A stretch of DNA of 64,000 nucleotides, taken from positions 5,522 through 69,521 of the forward strand of contig CANJQG010000006.1 of the NCBI GenBank assembly GCA_947476405.1, in the 5' to 3' direction. Shown here in pieces: positions 10,553 through 19,299 of the stretch. How positions within the stretch are numbered: the stretch's first letter is position 1; each line of letters begins with the position of its first letter. The stretch is from Thiotrichales bacterium (GTDB lineage: Bacteria; Pseudomonadota; Gammaproteobacteria; Francisellales; CACEW01). The notes below the pieces were generated by a model, which was not told the origin of the DNA, did not search any database, and was given only the letters and a program-made list of their open reading frames with translations. The translations under genes were made by a program, and so were the position numbers.

Positions 10553-12514
10553 TTAGGCATTTTGCAGACGATCCACTTCAACGGTTAACGCAGTTTGATT
10601 GACAAAAGCTTTAAGCGTTGCCATTTGATCTGCATCAAAAAGTTTGGAATTTTCAAGCGGCTTGACACGCAAAACCCCCACTGTCCCTTTTACGCCAAGC
10701 AAAGGGAAATAAATTGCGTCGGAGTGAGGGAGGGTATTGGTCCCTTTTCCAGCGGTTTGCCCCATATCAAACGTCCATCTTGCGACGGATAAATCCTTTT
10801 CCTCAAGTTGCGTCAGCGCTGGAAATCCTGCTTCGATATGCAGCAGCCCCTCTCTCGGCAAAATAGCCAAAACTTCACTGTCAAACACTTCTGCAATTTG
10901 ACGCGTGGCAATCTCTAAAAGCGCATTCAATCCTCGATGGCTTGCCAACTGGCGGGTCAGAGCAAGAATGGCATACGTGCGCTTTTCACGTTGGCGTGAA
11001 CGCTCGGCTTGTTGACGCACTTTAATGGTCAGATAACTAATCACCCCCCCGACAATCAACATCACAAAAAATGTAAATAAATACTGCGTGTCACTCGATG
11101 AAAAATCGAAAATAGAAGTAGGAACAAAAAAGAAAGATAAGCTGAGGACACTGACAATCGATGCAAATAAAGAAGGTCCATAACGCCCAAAACCCGCTAC
11201 AACCACTAAGCCCAGCAAATAAACCATAATCACATTGGATACGGCAAAATAGGGATGGATCATAAAATCAATCCCGGTACAGGCAGCAATGACCAGCAAG
11301 GCAATTCCATAAGTCGACCAACTGGACTTGACTTTGATTTCAGTAGACTCCATCACGGTTGGTTTGAGAAGAACATCTTCAGCCGCGCGAATCACATAAA
11401 TATCAATCTCATCACTATAACGCACCAACTGATCAACCAGGCTCCCTTTTAAACGACTCTTCCAGCTTGATTTAGTTTGCTTGCTGATCACAATTTTTGT
11501 GACATTGCGCTCACGCGCGACGCGTAAAATTTCCGTGACTAAATCATCCCCCCCCACAAATAAGGTCTCTGCGCCTAATTGTTCCGCTAAGCGCAAATTT
11601 TGACTGACACTATCGCGTTGCTGTTGCGTAATTCCTAATTTTTGGGCATCGACATACACCGCCATCCAATCCGCATGCAGATTATTGGCAAGACGCTTTC
11701 CCGAGCGAATCAATTTAGCTGAGCCTTCACCCGGCCCCACACAAATAAGGAGCTTTTCAGCAGTCGGCCAGGTTTCTTGAACAGATTGAAATTTTCGTTC
11801 CGTCATGACATCCATGTTCACTTGCTCAGCCACGGTACGCAGGGCCAATTCACGGAGTGCCGTCAGATTACTTTTTTTAAAAAAATGTTGAATCGCAAGC
11901 TTGGCCTGCTCTTTAAAATAAATCTTCCCTTCGGCAAGACGCTTTAACAAATCATCAGGCGGCAAATCAACCAATTCAATTTCAGCTTGTTCCAGAACAG
12001 AATCAGGCAGCGTCTCACGCACGCGAATTCCTGTAATTTGCTGCACCACATCGTTTAGACTTTCTAAATGCTGAATATTTAAAGTGGTATAGACATTAAT
12101 TCCACGATCCAGCAATTCCTGAATATCCTGCCAACGCTTCGTATGCCTGCAATGGGGCGCATTCGTATGCGCCGCTTCATCCACGAGAATCAATTGTGGC
12201 TTACGCAAAATCGCTCCATCGAGATCAAACTCCTGTAAGGTCTGCCCCTTATACTCGATATTTTTTTTTGGCAAAATTTCTAAACCGGCCAAAACCAAGC
12301 CTGTATCATGTCGACCATGCGTTTCTGCCAAGCCAACAAGCACGTCAATCCCTTGATTTTTCTTAATCATGGCTTCCTGCAACATGGAAAAGGTCTTCCC
12401 TACGCCCGGCGCTGCCCCTAGAAAAATCTTGAGCTTTCCCTCCGGTGATTTCTTTTCTTCTTCTGCCTGAGCCAGTAATAATAAAGCGTCTGGATTACGT
12501 CGATTCTCTTCCAT
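10553..12514 (-). CDS. kdpD: KdpD-like sensor protein lacking the histidine-kinase core (KdpD-N + Usp + TM + GAF only)
   Basis: GKLKIFLGAAPGVGKT..ETHGR..FDLD..LVDEAAHTNAP..RHTKRWQDIQELLDRGINVYTTLNIQHLESLNDVV is near-collinear with E. coli KdpD. Four TM helices and a GAF-like domain follow. The ORF stops where HisKA would begin. Start trimmed to Met22 (MEENRRNPD). Confidence 0.85.
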   Translation of the reverse strand: MEENRRNPDALLLLAQAEEEKKSPEGKLKIFLGAAPGVGKTFSMLQEAMIKKNQGIDVLVGLAETHGRHDTGLVLAGLEILPKKNIEYKGQTLQEFDLDGAILRKPQLILVDEAAHTNAPHCRHTKRWQDIQELLDRGINVYTTLNIQHLESLNDVVQQITGIRVRETLPDSVLEQAEIELVDLPPDDLLKRLAEGKIYFKEQAKLAIQHFFKKSNLTALRELALRTVAEQVNMDVMTERKFQSVQETWPTAEKLLICVGPGEGSAKLIRSGKRLANNLHADWMAVYVDAQKLGITQQQRDSVSQNLRLAEQLGAETLFVGGDDLVTEILRVARERNVTKIVISKQTKSSWKSRLKGSLVDQLVRYSDEIDIYVIRAAEDVLLKPTVMESTEIKVKSSWSTYGIALLVIAACTGIDFMIHPYFAVSNVIMVYLLGLVVVAGFGRYGPSLFASIVSVLSLSFFFVPTSIFDFSSSDTQYLFTFFVMLIVGGVISYLTIKVRQQAERSRQREKRTYAILALTRQLASHRGLNALLEIATRQIAEVFDSEVLAILPREGLLHIEAGFPALTQLEEKDLSVARWTFDMGQTAGKGTNTLPHSDAIYFPLLGVKGTVGVLRVKPLENSKLFDADQMATLKAFVNQTALTVEVDRLQNA

Positions 12515-12530
12515 AGTAGACTTTTTTCGA

Positions 12531-13139
12531 TTGAATGGTAGACTGATGATACGAGATTTTCTACGCCTTGTGAACATGCGCTTTAATTACACCCTGATAC
12601 AAAGCTTTAAGTATCGCAAAAAGCTGGCCTTATACTTAAACCCAAATGATCAATTAAATCAGGTCAGCAGCCTCACAGCAACCGATTTAAACAACATGCA
12701 GATCAAAGCCTTAGCACTTGATTTTGATGGCGTGCTCGCCCCTCATGGAGATATCGCACCCTTGACGGCCATAGAACTTTGGCTGAAAAATCTGAGCAAC
12801 GATTGGAAAGGGCAGATTTTTATTTTATCAAACAAGCCGTTTCAGGAACGGGAACATTATTTCAAAACGTATTTTCCTGAGATTCAATTTATTAAAAATG
12901 TTGCAAAAAAACCCTATCCCGATGGTCTGAATAAAATCACGCTTCTTGCCCAATGCGAATCCCAAGAAGTCCTTATGATTGACGATCGACTTTTAACGGG
13001 GATGCTTGCAGCCTCGATTAGCGGAACAAAAGGCTTGCTCCTGAATCCCGCCCTGAAAAAACCAGGACTACATCCTCATGAGCTATTTTTTGCTTTATTG
13101 CGCAGGCTAGACCGATTTTTAATTGGCGTTATATCGTAA
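12531..13139 (+). CDS. HAD-IIIA family phosphatase (YqeG-like)
   Basis: HAD motif I LALDFDGVLAP and a later MIDDRLLTG motif. The start is uncertain; Met16 at 12576 is an alternative. Confidence 0.6.
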   Translation: MNGRLMIRDFLRLVNMRFNYTLIQSFKYRKKLALYLNPNDQLNQVSSLTATDLNNMQIKALALDFDGVLAPHGDIAPLTAIELWLKNLSNDWKGQIFILSNKPFQEREHYFKTYFPEIQFIKNVAKKPYPDGLNKITLLAQCESQEVLMIDDRLLTGMLAASISGTKGLLLNPALKKPGLHPHELFFALLRRLDRFLIGVIS

Positions 13140-13913
13140 TTTCGTTTCTAAATTCATTGCGGTTAAGGCTCCACCCCAAACGACGCCGGTATCCAATGCA
13201 AATACATTTTCAGTATGCGTTTCGCCTTGCAGGGCCGACCAATGCCCAAAGACAATAGGGGTTTTAATCTTTCGATTCGGCACTTGAAACCAAGGAAAAT
13301 AGCCCTCTGGACAATCCAGGAGCGTTGTTTTTTTACTTAAATTTAAGCATCCATTTTCTGCACAAAAACGCATGCGTGTTAAATAATTCGTGATCACACG
13401 CAAACGCACCATCCCTTTTAAATCTGAAGACCAGGTATCCGGTTCATTCCCATACATTGCTTGTAAAAACGCAACAATATCAGGACCTTTTAACTGATCC
13501 GAAACTTCCCGCCCCAAAGCCAGCGCTTCCTCCAGTGTCCAAGTGGGGCAAAACCCAGCATGCACCATCACATAAGGCGCTGAATAATAAATCAAAGGCT
13601 GCTGTCGCAACCAGGCAATCAAAGGTTCACGATCAGGGGCATTCAAAATATCAGAAATCGTATCATCTGGATATAATTCACGCACCCCATAATGGACTGC
13701 AAGAAGATGTAAATCATGATTTCCCAACACAATTTTAACAGACTCTCCTAAATTTTTAAGAAAACGAAGTGTTTCTAAAGACTGTGGCCCTCGATTGATT
13801 AAATCCCCCGCAATCCAGAGTGTATCTTGAGCCGGATTAAAATTTATTTTTCTTAACAAATCAATCAGCTGCCTGAAACAGCCCTGAATATCTCCTATCG
13901 CATAAGTCGCCAT
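13119..13913 (-). CDS. apaH: Bis(5'-nucleosyl)-tetraphosphatase, symmetrical
   Basis: MATYAIGDIQGC..WIAGDLINRGP..VLGNHDLHLL matches the ApaH metallophosphatase motifs. Start trimmed to MATY. Confidence 0.92.
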   Translation of the reverse strand: MATYAIGDIQGCFRQLIDLLRKINFNPAQDTLWIAGDLINRGPQSLETLRFLKNLGESVKIVLGNHDLHLLAVHYGVRELYPDDTISDILNAPDREPLIAWLRQQPLIYYSAPYVMVHAGFCPTWTLEEALALGREVSDQLKGPDIVAFLQAMYGNEPDTWSSDLKGMVRLRVITNYLTRMRFCAENGCLNLSKKTTLLDCPEGYFPWFQVPNRKIKTPIVFGHWSALQGETHTENVFALDTGVVWGGALTAMNLETKLRYNAN

Positions 13914-13983
13914 ACGCGTCACTTGTCAAAATGCTTTAAAGCGCCTATCATACCAAAAAATAATCCACCCCTAAAGCCTGGCC

Positions 13984-14409
13984 ATGAATGAGTTGATTGC
14001 CCTCCATCTAATTGCTGTTATTTGCTGGTTTGCAGGCCTCTTCTACCTGCCTAGACTCTTCGTGTATCATGCCAAAACGACTGAAGAAACAGTCAAAGCA
14101 CAATTCCAAATAATGGAACATAAACTGTATTGGTATATCATGATGCCGGCCATGATGATCACGCTTTTAAGTGGAATGGCATTAATGACATGGATGGTGC
14201 TTCAGGGTGAAACCCATTTAGGCTGGCTTTTCGTCAAACTGATTCTCGTACTCTTCTTAATTTTCTTTCACTTTTATTGTGGCTTCTGTATCGATCACTT
14301 TAAAATGGGTCAAAATCAACACTCTGAGCGCTTTTATCGGTTTTTTAATGAAATCCCAACCCTACTTCTAATCGCCATTGTACTTTTGGCCGTTGTTCAA
14401 CCCTTTTAG
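13984..14409 (+). CDS. hemJ: Protoporphyrinogen IX oxidase HemJ-type membrane protein
   Basis: 141 aa with 4 TM helices. HLIAVICWFAGLFYLPRLFVYH is the HemJ (UPF0093) signature. Confidence 0.8.
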   Translation: MNELIALHLIAVICWFAGLFYLPRLFVYHAKTTEETVKAQFQIMEHKLYWYIMMPAMMITLLSGMALMTWMVLQGETHLGWLFVKLILVLFLIFFHFYCGFCIDHFKMGQNQHSERFYRFFNEIPTLLLIAIVLLAVVQPF

Positions 14410-14417
14410 GAAAGTTA

Positions 14418-16229
14418 ATGCATTTAAATGCCTCTCAAATTCTCAAAAATACGTTCGGCTATCAAGAATTTCGACCGTTGCAGGAAAAAATTGTAAACAG
14501 CCTGATTGCAGGGGAAAACCAATTTGTCCTGATGCCAACGGGCGGCGGGAAATCATTATGCTATCAAATTCCTGCGATGGCGCGCCCTGGTGTGGGCATT
14601 GTTATTTCACCCTTAATTTCACTGATGCAGGATCAAGTTCAAGCACTCAAAGCCAACGGCGTTAAAGCGGCGTTTTATAACTCTTCTCTCTCCAGTGGAG
14701 AGGCAAAAAAAGTACTGGCGCAATTGCATCAAAGCGAATTAGATTTGCTCTATATTGCTCCAGAACGCTTGATGTCGAAAGACTTTCTAGATCGTTTTGA
14801 TGACATTGAGATCTCCTTATTTGCAATCGATGAGGCCCACTGTGTTTCACAATGGGGGCATGATTTTCGACCGGAATATTTACAGCTGGGACAATTACGC
14901 ACCCAATTTCCTGAGGTGCCAATCATTGCTTTAACGGCTACAGCAGATAAACAAACGCGGCAAGATATCATTCAACGCTTGCAACTCCAAGAAGCAACAA
15001 TTCACATTGCCAGCTTCGATCGACCCAATATTCGTTATACGGTTTTAGAAAAACAAAAGCCATTCATTCAATTAACTCATTTTTTAAAAGACCATCAAAA
15101 CGAATGTGGCATTATTTATTGCTTGAGCCGCAAGCGCGTTGAAGAAGTGGCACAAAAACTGAAAGAAAGCGGGTTTCAGGCGTTAGCCTATCATGCAGGA
15201 CTTCCTGCAAAAGAACGCCAATGGGCACACACTGCTTTTCAGCAAGACCAAGCTAATATTATCGTTGCGACGATAGCTTTCGGGATGGGTATTGACAAAC
15301 CCAATGTTCGGTTTGTCGTCCATTATGATTTACCAAAGAATATCGAAGGGTATTATCAAGAAACAGGACGTGCCGGACGGGATAGCTTGCCCTCAGAAGC
15401 CCTTCTTTTATATGGTCTCAGCGATATCGCCCTCATCAAATCTCTTCTACAAAACAATCAAAATGAAAATCAACTGCGTATCGAACAACACAAACTCAAC
15501 TGCATGACTGCTTTTGCTGAAGCACAAACCTGCCGCCGACGGGTTCTTCTCAATTATTTTAATGAAACTTTGGACCAAGATTGCGGCAACTGCGATGTCT
15601 GCCTCAACCCACCTGAAACTTTTGACGGAACCATTCCCGCACAAAAAGCGCTATCCTGCGTTTACCGGGTCAATCAAGGCTATGGCCTGAATTATGTGGT
15701 TGATATTTTGCGGGGCAAAGAGGATGCGCGGATTCAACGCCTCGGCCACCAACACCTCTCCACTTACGGCGTTGGAAAAGACACCCCGCAAGAAGAATGG
15801 TACAGTATTTTCCGCCAACTCATTCACTTAGGTTATTTAGAGCAAGACATTAGCCATTACTCCGTTCTACGCCTGACCGATGCAGCCCGCGCTATTTTAA
15901 AAGGCGAAAAAAAGATTACCCTGGCCAAAGCCCGCACTAAAGCGACGAGCAACAAAAAACAAATCAAAAAAATAAAAGGCAGATCCATTCCATACGATTC
16001 GGATTTATTCGAACATTTACGTCTTCTACGCAAAGACATCGCGCTCAATGCAGGCGTTCCGAGCTATGTTGTCTTCAGTGATGCCAGCTTGATCGAAATG
16101 GCGGCTTACTTGCCAAAGAGCATGGATGATTTACTCAAAATCAATGGGATTGGGCAGAAAAAACAACAACAGTATGGCGCGACTTTTCTAGAGGCAATTC
16201 AGCACTTTCATACAAAAAATGCGCCCTGA
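14418..16229 (+). CDS. recQ: ATP-dependent DNA helicase RecQ
   Basis: 603 aa. Motifs MPTGGGKSLCYQ, DEAHCVSQWGHDFRPEY, zinc-binding CRR..CGNCDVC and a C-terminal HRDC domain. Confidence 0.95.
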   Translation: MHLNASQILKNTFGYQEFRPLQEKIVNSLIAGENQFVLMPTGGGKSLCYQIPAMARPGVGIVISPLISLMQDQVQALKANGVKAAFYNSSLSSGEAKKVLAQLHQSELDLLYIAPERLMSKDFLDRFDDIEISLFAIDEAHCVSQWGHDFRPEYLQLGQLRTQFPEVPIIALTATADKQTRQDIIQRLQLQEATIHIASFDRPNIRYTVLEKQKPFIQLTHFLKDHQNECGIIYCLSRKRVEEVAQKLKESGFQALAYHAGLPAKERQWAHTAFQQDQANIIVATIAFGMGIDKPNVRFVVHYDLPKNIEGYYQETGRAGRDSLPSEALLLYGLSDIALIKSLLQNNQNENQLRIEQHKLNCMTAFAEAQTCRRRVLLNYFNETLDQDCGNCDVCLNPPETFDGTIPAQKALSCVYRVNQGYGLNYVVDILRGKEDARIQRLGHQHLSTYGVGKDTPQEEWYSIFRQLIHLGYLEQDISHYSVLRLTDAARAILKGEKKITLAKARTKATSNKKQIKKIKGRSIPYDSDLFEHLRLLRKDIALNAGVPSYVVFSDASLIEMAAYLPKSMDDLLKINGIGQKKQQQYGATFLEAIQHFHTKNAP

Positions 16230-16304
16230 AATAAAAACATTAAAGAAAAATCACCTGTCTTATCAAACAAAGAATCTTTTCAAAAAATACAGATCTAAAT
16301 AAAA

Positions 16305-16313
16305 TTATCCACA
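16305..16313 (+). promoter_or_regulatory. Perfect DnaA box TTATCCACA, directly preceded by GATCTAAATAAAA
   Basis: Read directly from the sequence. It lies in a 0.72-kb ORF-free AT-rich gap. Confidence 0.6.
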
Positions 16314-16703
16314 AATTGATTTAACAAAAAAAAAGATCCAAACATTCTATAAGCCAATTTAAAAAAAAACATCGCTTTCACACTTCAACTATTAAAACAT
16401 CCACTAAACGCTCTTTCAACAACTGAATAGCGGAGATCAAAAATTAGAAAGAATACAGAAAAACCATAGAGCAAAATCATTAAAAATAAAAACTTTTTTA
16501 ACCAAATATCAATATGTTAGATAAAATACAGACAAAATCTACCCATGCATAAACAAGGCCTTATCAGATGTCAAGCGCACTCAGGCGAAAGAAAATTTTT
16601 TAGCCTCTTGACAAATGAGAACACGCCAATTAATGGAAAAAAAAATCTGAAGACGCTTATTTGATCATCCTTAGGAGGTGCTGATATTCCTTCCATTCAT
16701 GAC

Positions 16704-16750
16704 TTAACCACAAACTTATCCACAACTTTATCCCAGCCTTCTGTGCATAA
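16704..16750. promoter_or_regulatory. Array of DnaA boxes: TTAACCACA, TTATCCACA, TTATCCcag (12-bp register), then inverted TGTGCATAA
   Basis: Boxes at 16704-16712, 16716-16724 (perfect), 16728-16736 (first six bases only) and 16742-16750 (reverse complement TTATGCACA fits TTATNCACA). Confidence 0.6.
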
Positions 16751-16875
16751 GTCAAAAGTCAGTTTTTTAGCCTTTTACGAATGTCAAATTTAAGCTAAGA
16801 ATATTTAAAGCAATCGTTTGATATCACTTCGCCATCCAAAAAAAACCAAAACCCAAAATGATCAAAATACAACCC

Positions 16876-16904
16876 TTGCATTTAAAGCGAAAAACTGTTA
16901 GGAT
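16876..16904 (+). promoter_or_regulatory. Putative sigma70 promoter of the first porin gene (TTGCAT-17 nt-TAGGAT)
   Basis: Hexamers at 16876-16881 and 16899-16904. AAGGAG Shine-Dalgarno at 16935-16940, 12 nt before the ATG at 16952. Confidence 0.35.
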
Positions 16905-16951
16905 GAGCGACTTTCTGCACGTGAATATTTTAACAAGGAGATTTACATATT

Positions 16952-18259
16952 ATGAAATTACGCATACTCAGCCTGGCCGTTCTATCCGCAATCAGCTTAT
17001 CTGCCTATGCAGATACAGGGACTGCCTCGTCAATGCAGGACCAAGTCAGCGCATTACAAAACCAGATTAATAGCTTGCAAAGTCAACTCAATAATATGAA
17101 CAATCATAGTGCATTAAACAGCATTATCATGACCGATTTTAGCAGCCCACTTGGCCTTTTAAATGATTCACAATATGCTTTAGGCACCTTGTTAAATAAG
17201 TCCACTTTGAATACCCCGATTGTAGTGGGCGGCAGTATTGAATCAGATCTCCAAACCTGGGGAGGAAGCTTCTCAGTGCCAAATGCAGTCGGCAACACCA
17301 CCTATCAAAGCGGCAGTGCTTTTAGCGTCACAGGCGCTGAACTCTACACCATGGCTAATATGGGTGACTGGGTAACCGGCCTCCTGGGCTTACAAGGAAA
17401 CGTCGGCGGAAACTCCGGCTCGCCAATGAGCTTCGATAAAGCCTTTTTGTTATTCGGCAATTTACAAAAAAATCCGCTCTTTGTAACTGTGGGTGAAATC
17501 TACCTTCCTTTTGGTATTTTCAACGGAAATGGCCCCTGGTCTAACAACTTAGATACGGATGCATTCCGAATCTCTAAAACCAACCAATTAACCTTAAACT
17601 TTTATAATAAAGGCTTTTATACCAGCTTTGCCTGGTTTAATACCGCAGCGAACAATAGCGGCTTGCATGATTTTACCTATAACATCAGCTATGCCAAATC
17701 AGGCACCTTCAACTACTCTGTTGGGGCAGGCTATCTGTATGACATTCGCAACACCAACTCAGGCATTGGCGCCGCATATCCAGGGGCTGGCGTATCTGGA
17801 AACACAGCGCCCAGCACCTATACTATTTCAGGCAATCGCAATGGCGCATTTGACTTAAATGGCTCTATTGCTTACGGACATTATAACCTAAATGGTGAAT
17901 ATGACTTCACTGAAAGAGGCGCCTCAAATTTAAATGGCAGCAATACAGGCCCCATGGGTGCATGGAATATTGCTGCAGGCTACGGCACTTTGTTCTGGAA
18001 TATTCCAACCAACTTCCAACTTGGATATAGCGCAACTCACAATATGAGCAACATCCCAGCACAGTTATGGGGCATGGATACCGCATCGGTACAAACTCAA
18101 ACATCTGATAACAATGCCGGCGTTCAACACAATTGGTTAGTCTCCATGACCAATCAATTCTTCCCCAATGTGTATATGAGCCCTGAATATCAATACTCTA
18201 CTTTATACAATGGAACACATACATGGACTTTAACCTATGACATTTCAGCCTATTTTTAA
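16952..18259 (+). CDS. Outer-membrane beta-barrel protein (porin-like) with N-terminal coiled coil, paralogue A
   Basis: 435 aa. Signal peptide MKLRILSLAVLSAISLSAYA, heptad stretch VSALQNQINSLQSQLNNM, alternating-hydrophobic Gly/Asn/Tyr-rich body, C-terminal TLTYDISAYF (terminal Phe beta-signal). Confidence 0.65.
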   Translation: MKLRILSLAVLSAISLSAYADTGTASSMQDQVSALQNQINSLQSQLNNMNNHSALNSIIMTDFSSPLGLLNDSQYALGTLLNKSTLNTPIVVGGSIESDLQTWGGSFSVPNAVGNTTYQSGSAFSVTGAELYTMANMGDWVTGLLGLQGNVGGNSGSPMSFDKAFLLFGNLQKNPLFVTVGEIYLPFGIFNGNGPWSNNLDTDAFRISKTNQLTLNFYNKGFYTSFAWFNTAANNSGLHDFTYNISYAKSGTFNYSVGAGYLYDIRNTNSGIGAAYPGAGVSGNTAPSTYTISGNRNGAFDLNGSIAYGHYNLNGEYDFTERGASNLNGSNTGPMGAWNIAAGYGTLFWNIPTNFQLGYSATHNMSNIPAQLWGMDTASVQTQTSDNNAGVQHNWLVSMTNQFFPNVYMSPEYQYSTLYNGTHTWTLTYDISAYF

Positions 18260-18303
18260 GCAATTATACCCTTGCTTTTTTATCTAAAGTCTTTGATAAT
18301 GAC

Positions 18304-18330
18304 CATGCTCGGCTTATGAGCATGTCTTTT
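18304..18330 (+). terminator. Rho-independent terminator after porin A
   Basis: CATGCTC-ggcttat-GAGCATG followed by TCTTTT. Confidence 0.55.
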
Positions 18331-18351
18331 AACAAAACAAAAGGAATATTC

Positions 18352-18780
18352 ATGAAAAATTTACTTATTACTGCAGCATTATCTGCTGCATTCTGTGGCA
18401 CCGCTTTTGCTGCAACAGCGGCTCCTGCAACTGCCATGCCTGCTGCAACAACAGCTGCAAGTGCAACCACTGCAACAATCACCATTACCCCCATGAAAAA
18501 ATCAAGCCTGCTTGCATCTGGAACCGTCGCTTGGGCGCCCCATGCTACTGACAAGCTTGCTGTACAATGGACAGGCCCAAATAACAGCGACAAAGGCAAT
18601 TGCCGCAACACCATGCACAAACTCAAGATGGGCTATCCTGTATTTAAAGACAGCCGTACACCTTGGTATAAACAAGCCAATGGCACCCCAGTTGAATGTA
18701 CAGGAAACTGGACTGCAGCCGTTGTTAACCTAAGCACCGGAAAAACACTGGCTACAGCAAGCTACACTGTCAGCAAGTAA
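18352..18780 (+). CDS. Small secreted two-Cys protein, family member A (142 aa)
   Basis: Start trimmed to MKNLLITAALSAAFCGTAFA (AAGGA 8 nt upstream). Ala/Thr-rich linker, then about 95 aa conserved with 18859-19272. Confidence 0.7.
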   Translation: MKNLLITAALSAAFCGTAFAATAAPATAMPAATTAASATTATITITPMKKSSLLASGTVAWAPHATDKLAVQWTGPNNSDKGNCRNTMHKLKMGYPVFKDSRTPWYKQANGTPVECTGNWTAAVVNLSTGKTLATASYTVSK

Positions 18781-18791
18781 TTTTTACTCTG

Positions 18792-18837
18792 GTTCTTGCT
18801 TTTTCTAGACATATAGAAATCGCAAGAACTTTTTTTT
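18792..18837 (+). terminator. Rho-independent terminator after small protein A
   Basis: GTTCTTGC-22 nt-GCAAGAAC followed by T8. Confidence 0.55.
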
Positions 18838-18858
18838 AACTTACAAAAAGGAATTCTC

Positions 18859-19272
18859 ATGAAAAAATTAGCCCTTGTTACTGCACTCATTGCATCATTC
18901 AGCGCGACCGCTTTTGCTCAAACCAGCCCTACAAGCACAACGACCACAACTGCAAGCACCGCCACCATCAATATTACTCTTGAAAAAAAATCTTTTTTGC
19001 TTGCAAGCGGAACAATCACACCCGCGACCACTCCTTCTGATAGATTAGCGGTTAAATGGACCAGCCCCAACAATATGAATGCCGGAAGCTGCCACAATTC
19101 TACTTATAAAATCAAAACTGCTTCAACCCACTTTAAATCCAAACGCACCCCCTGGTATCAAGAATCAAATGGCGCACCTGTTGGCTGTGAAGGCATGTGG
19201 TCTGCATCTGTTGTTGACTTGACCACTGGAAAAGTATTGGCAACCACAAGCTACGCACTCAGCCTTAAATAA
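18859..19272 (+). CDS. Small secreted two-Cys protein, family member B (137 aa)
   Basis: Signal peptide MKKLALVTALIASFSATAFA and a Thr-rich linker. Shares LLASGT..D.LAV.WT.PNN..G.C.N..K.K...F...RTPWY...NG.PV.C.G.W.A.VV.L.TGK.LAT.SY..S with member A. Confidence 0.7.
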   Translation: MKKLALVTALIASFSATAFAQTSPTSTTTTTASTATINITLEKKSFLLASGTITPATTPSDRLAVKWTSPNNMNAGSCHNSTYKIKTASTHFKSKRTPWYQESNGAPVGCEGMWSASVVDLTTGKVLATTSYALSLK

Positions 19273-19299
19273 AAACGCAAAACTAAAAGGATCATATCT

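Noticed and set aside
12261-12269. Homopolymer tracts of 9 A/T inside CDSs (4660-4668 in the kinase gene, 12261-12269 in kdpD, 56812-56820 in the 304-aa ORF) as phase-variation switches
   Set aside because: They encode Lys-Lys-Lys runs in an AT-rich genome. All the ORFs are intact and there is no contingency-locus context. Only the longer A11 run in dnaX, with flanking out-of-frame stops, seemed meaningful.
12515-12577. N-terminal extensions offered by the ORF track (kdpD to 12577, gatC to 7916, gatB to 6134, gatA to 7573, gshB from 30512, small protein A from 18316, periplasmic ORF to 23349, chaperone-like to 45045, apaH to 13922)
   Set aside because: Alignment with the conserved family N-termini, signal-peptide positions, ribosome-binding sites and stop/start junctions all favour the internal Met starts used in the feature table.
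16608-16636. TTGACA-17 nt-TAATGG as a promoter for a small RNA inside the AT-rich gap
   Set aside because: The -35 is perfect but the -10 is poor. No terminator-like hairpin or conserved structure follows, and the only ATG after the strong TAGGAGG (16671-16677) is followed at once by TAA. The evidence is too thin to call an RNA gene.
16858-17070. 70-aa ORF overlapping the promoter and start of porin A
   Set aside because: It has no ribosome-binding site and runs out of frame across the porin's SD and signal-peptide region. The porin gene explains the sequence.
18264-18626. 120-aa minus-strand ORF rich in Ala/Val
   Set aside because: It is antisense to small secreted protein A and reflects the reverse reading of that protein's Ala/Thr linker. 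The plus-strand gene has a signal peptide, a ribosome-binding site and a paralogue.
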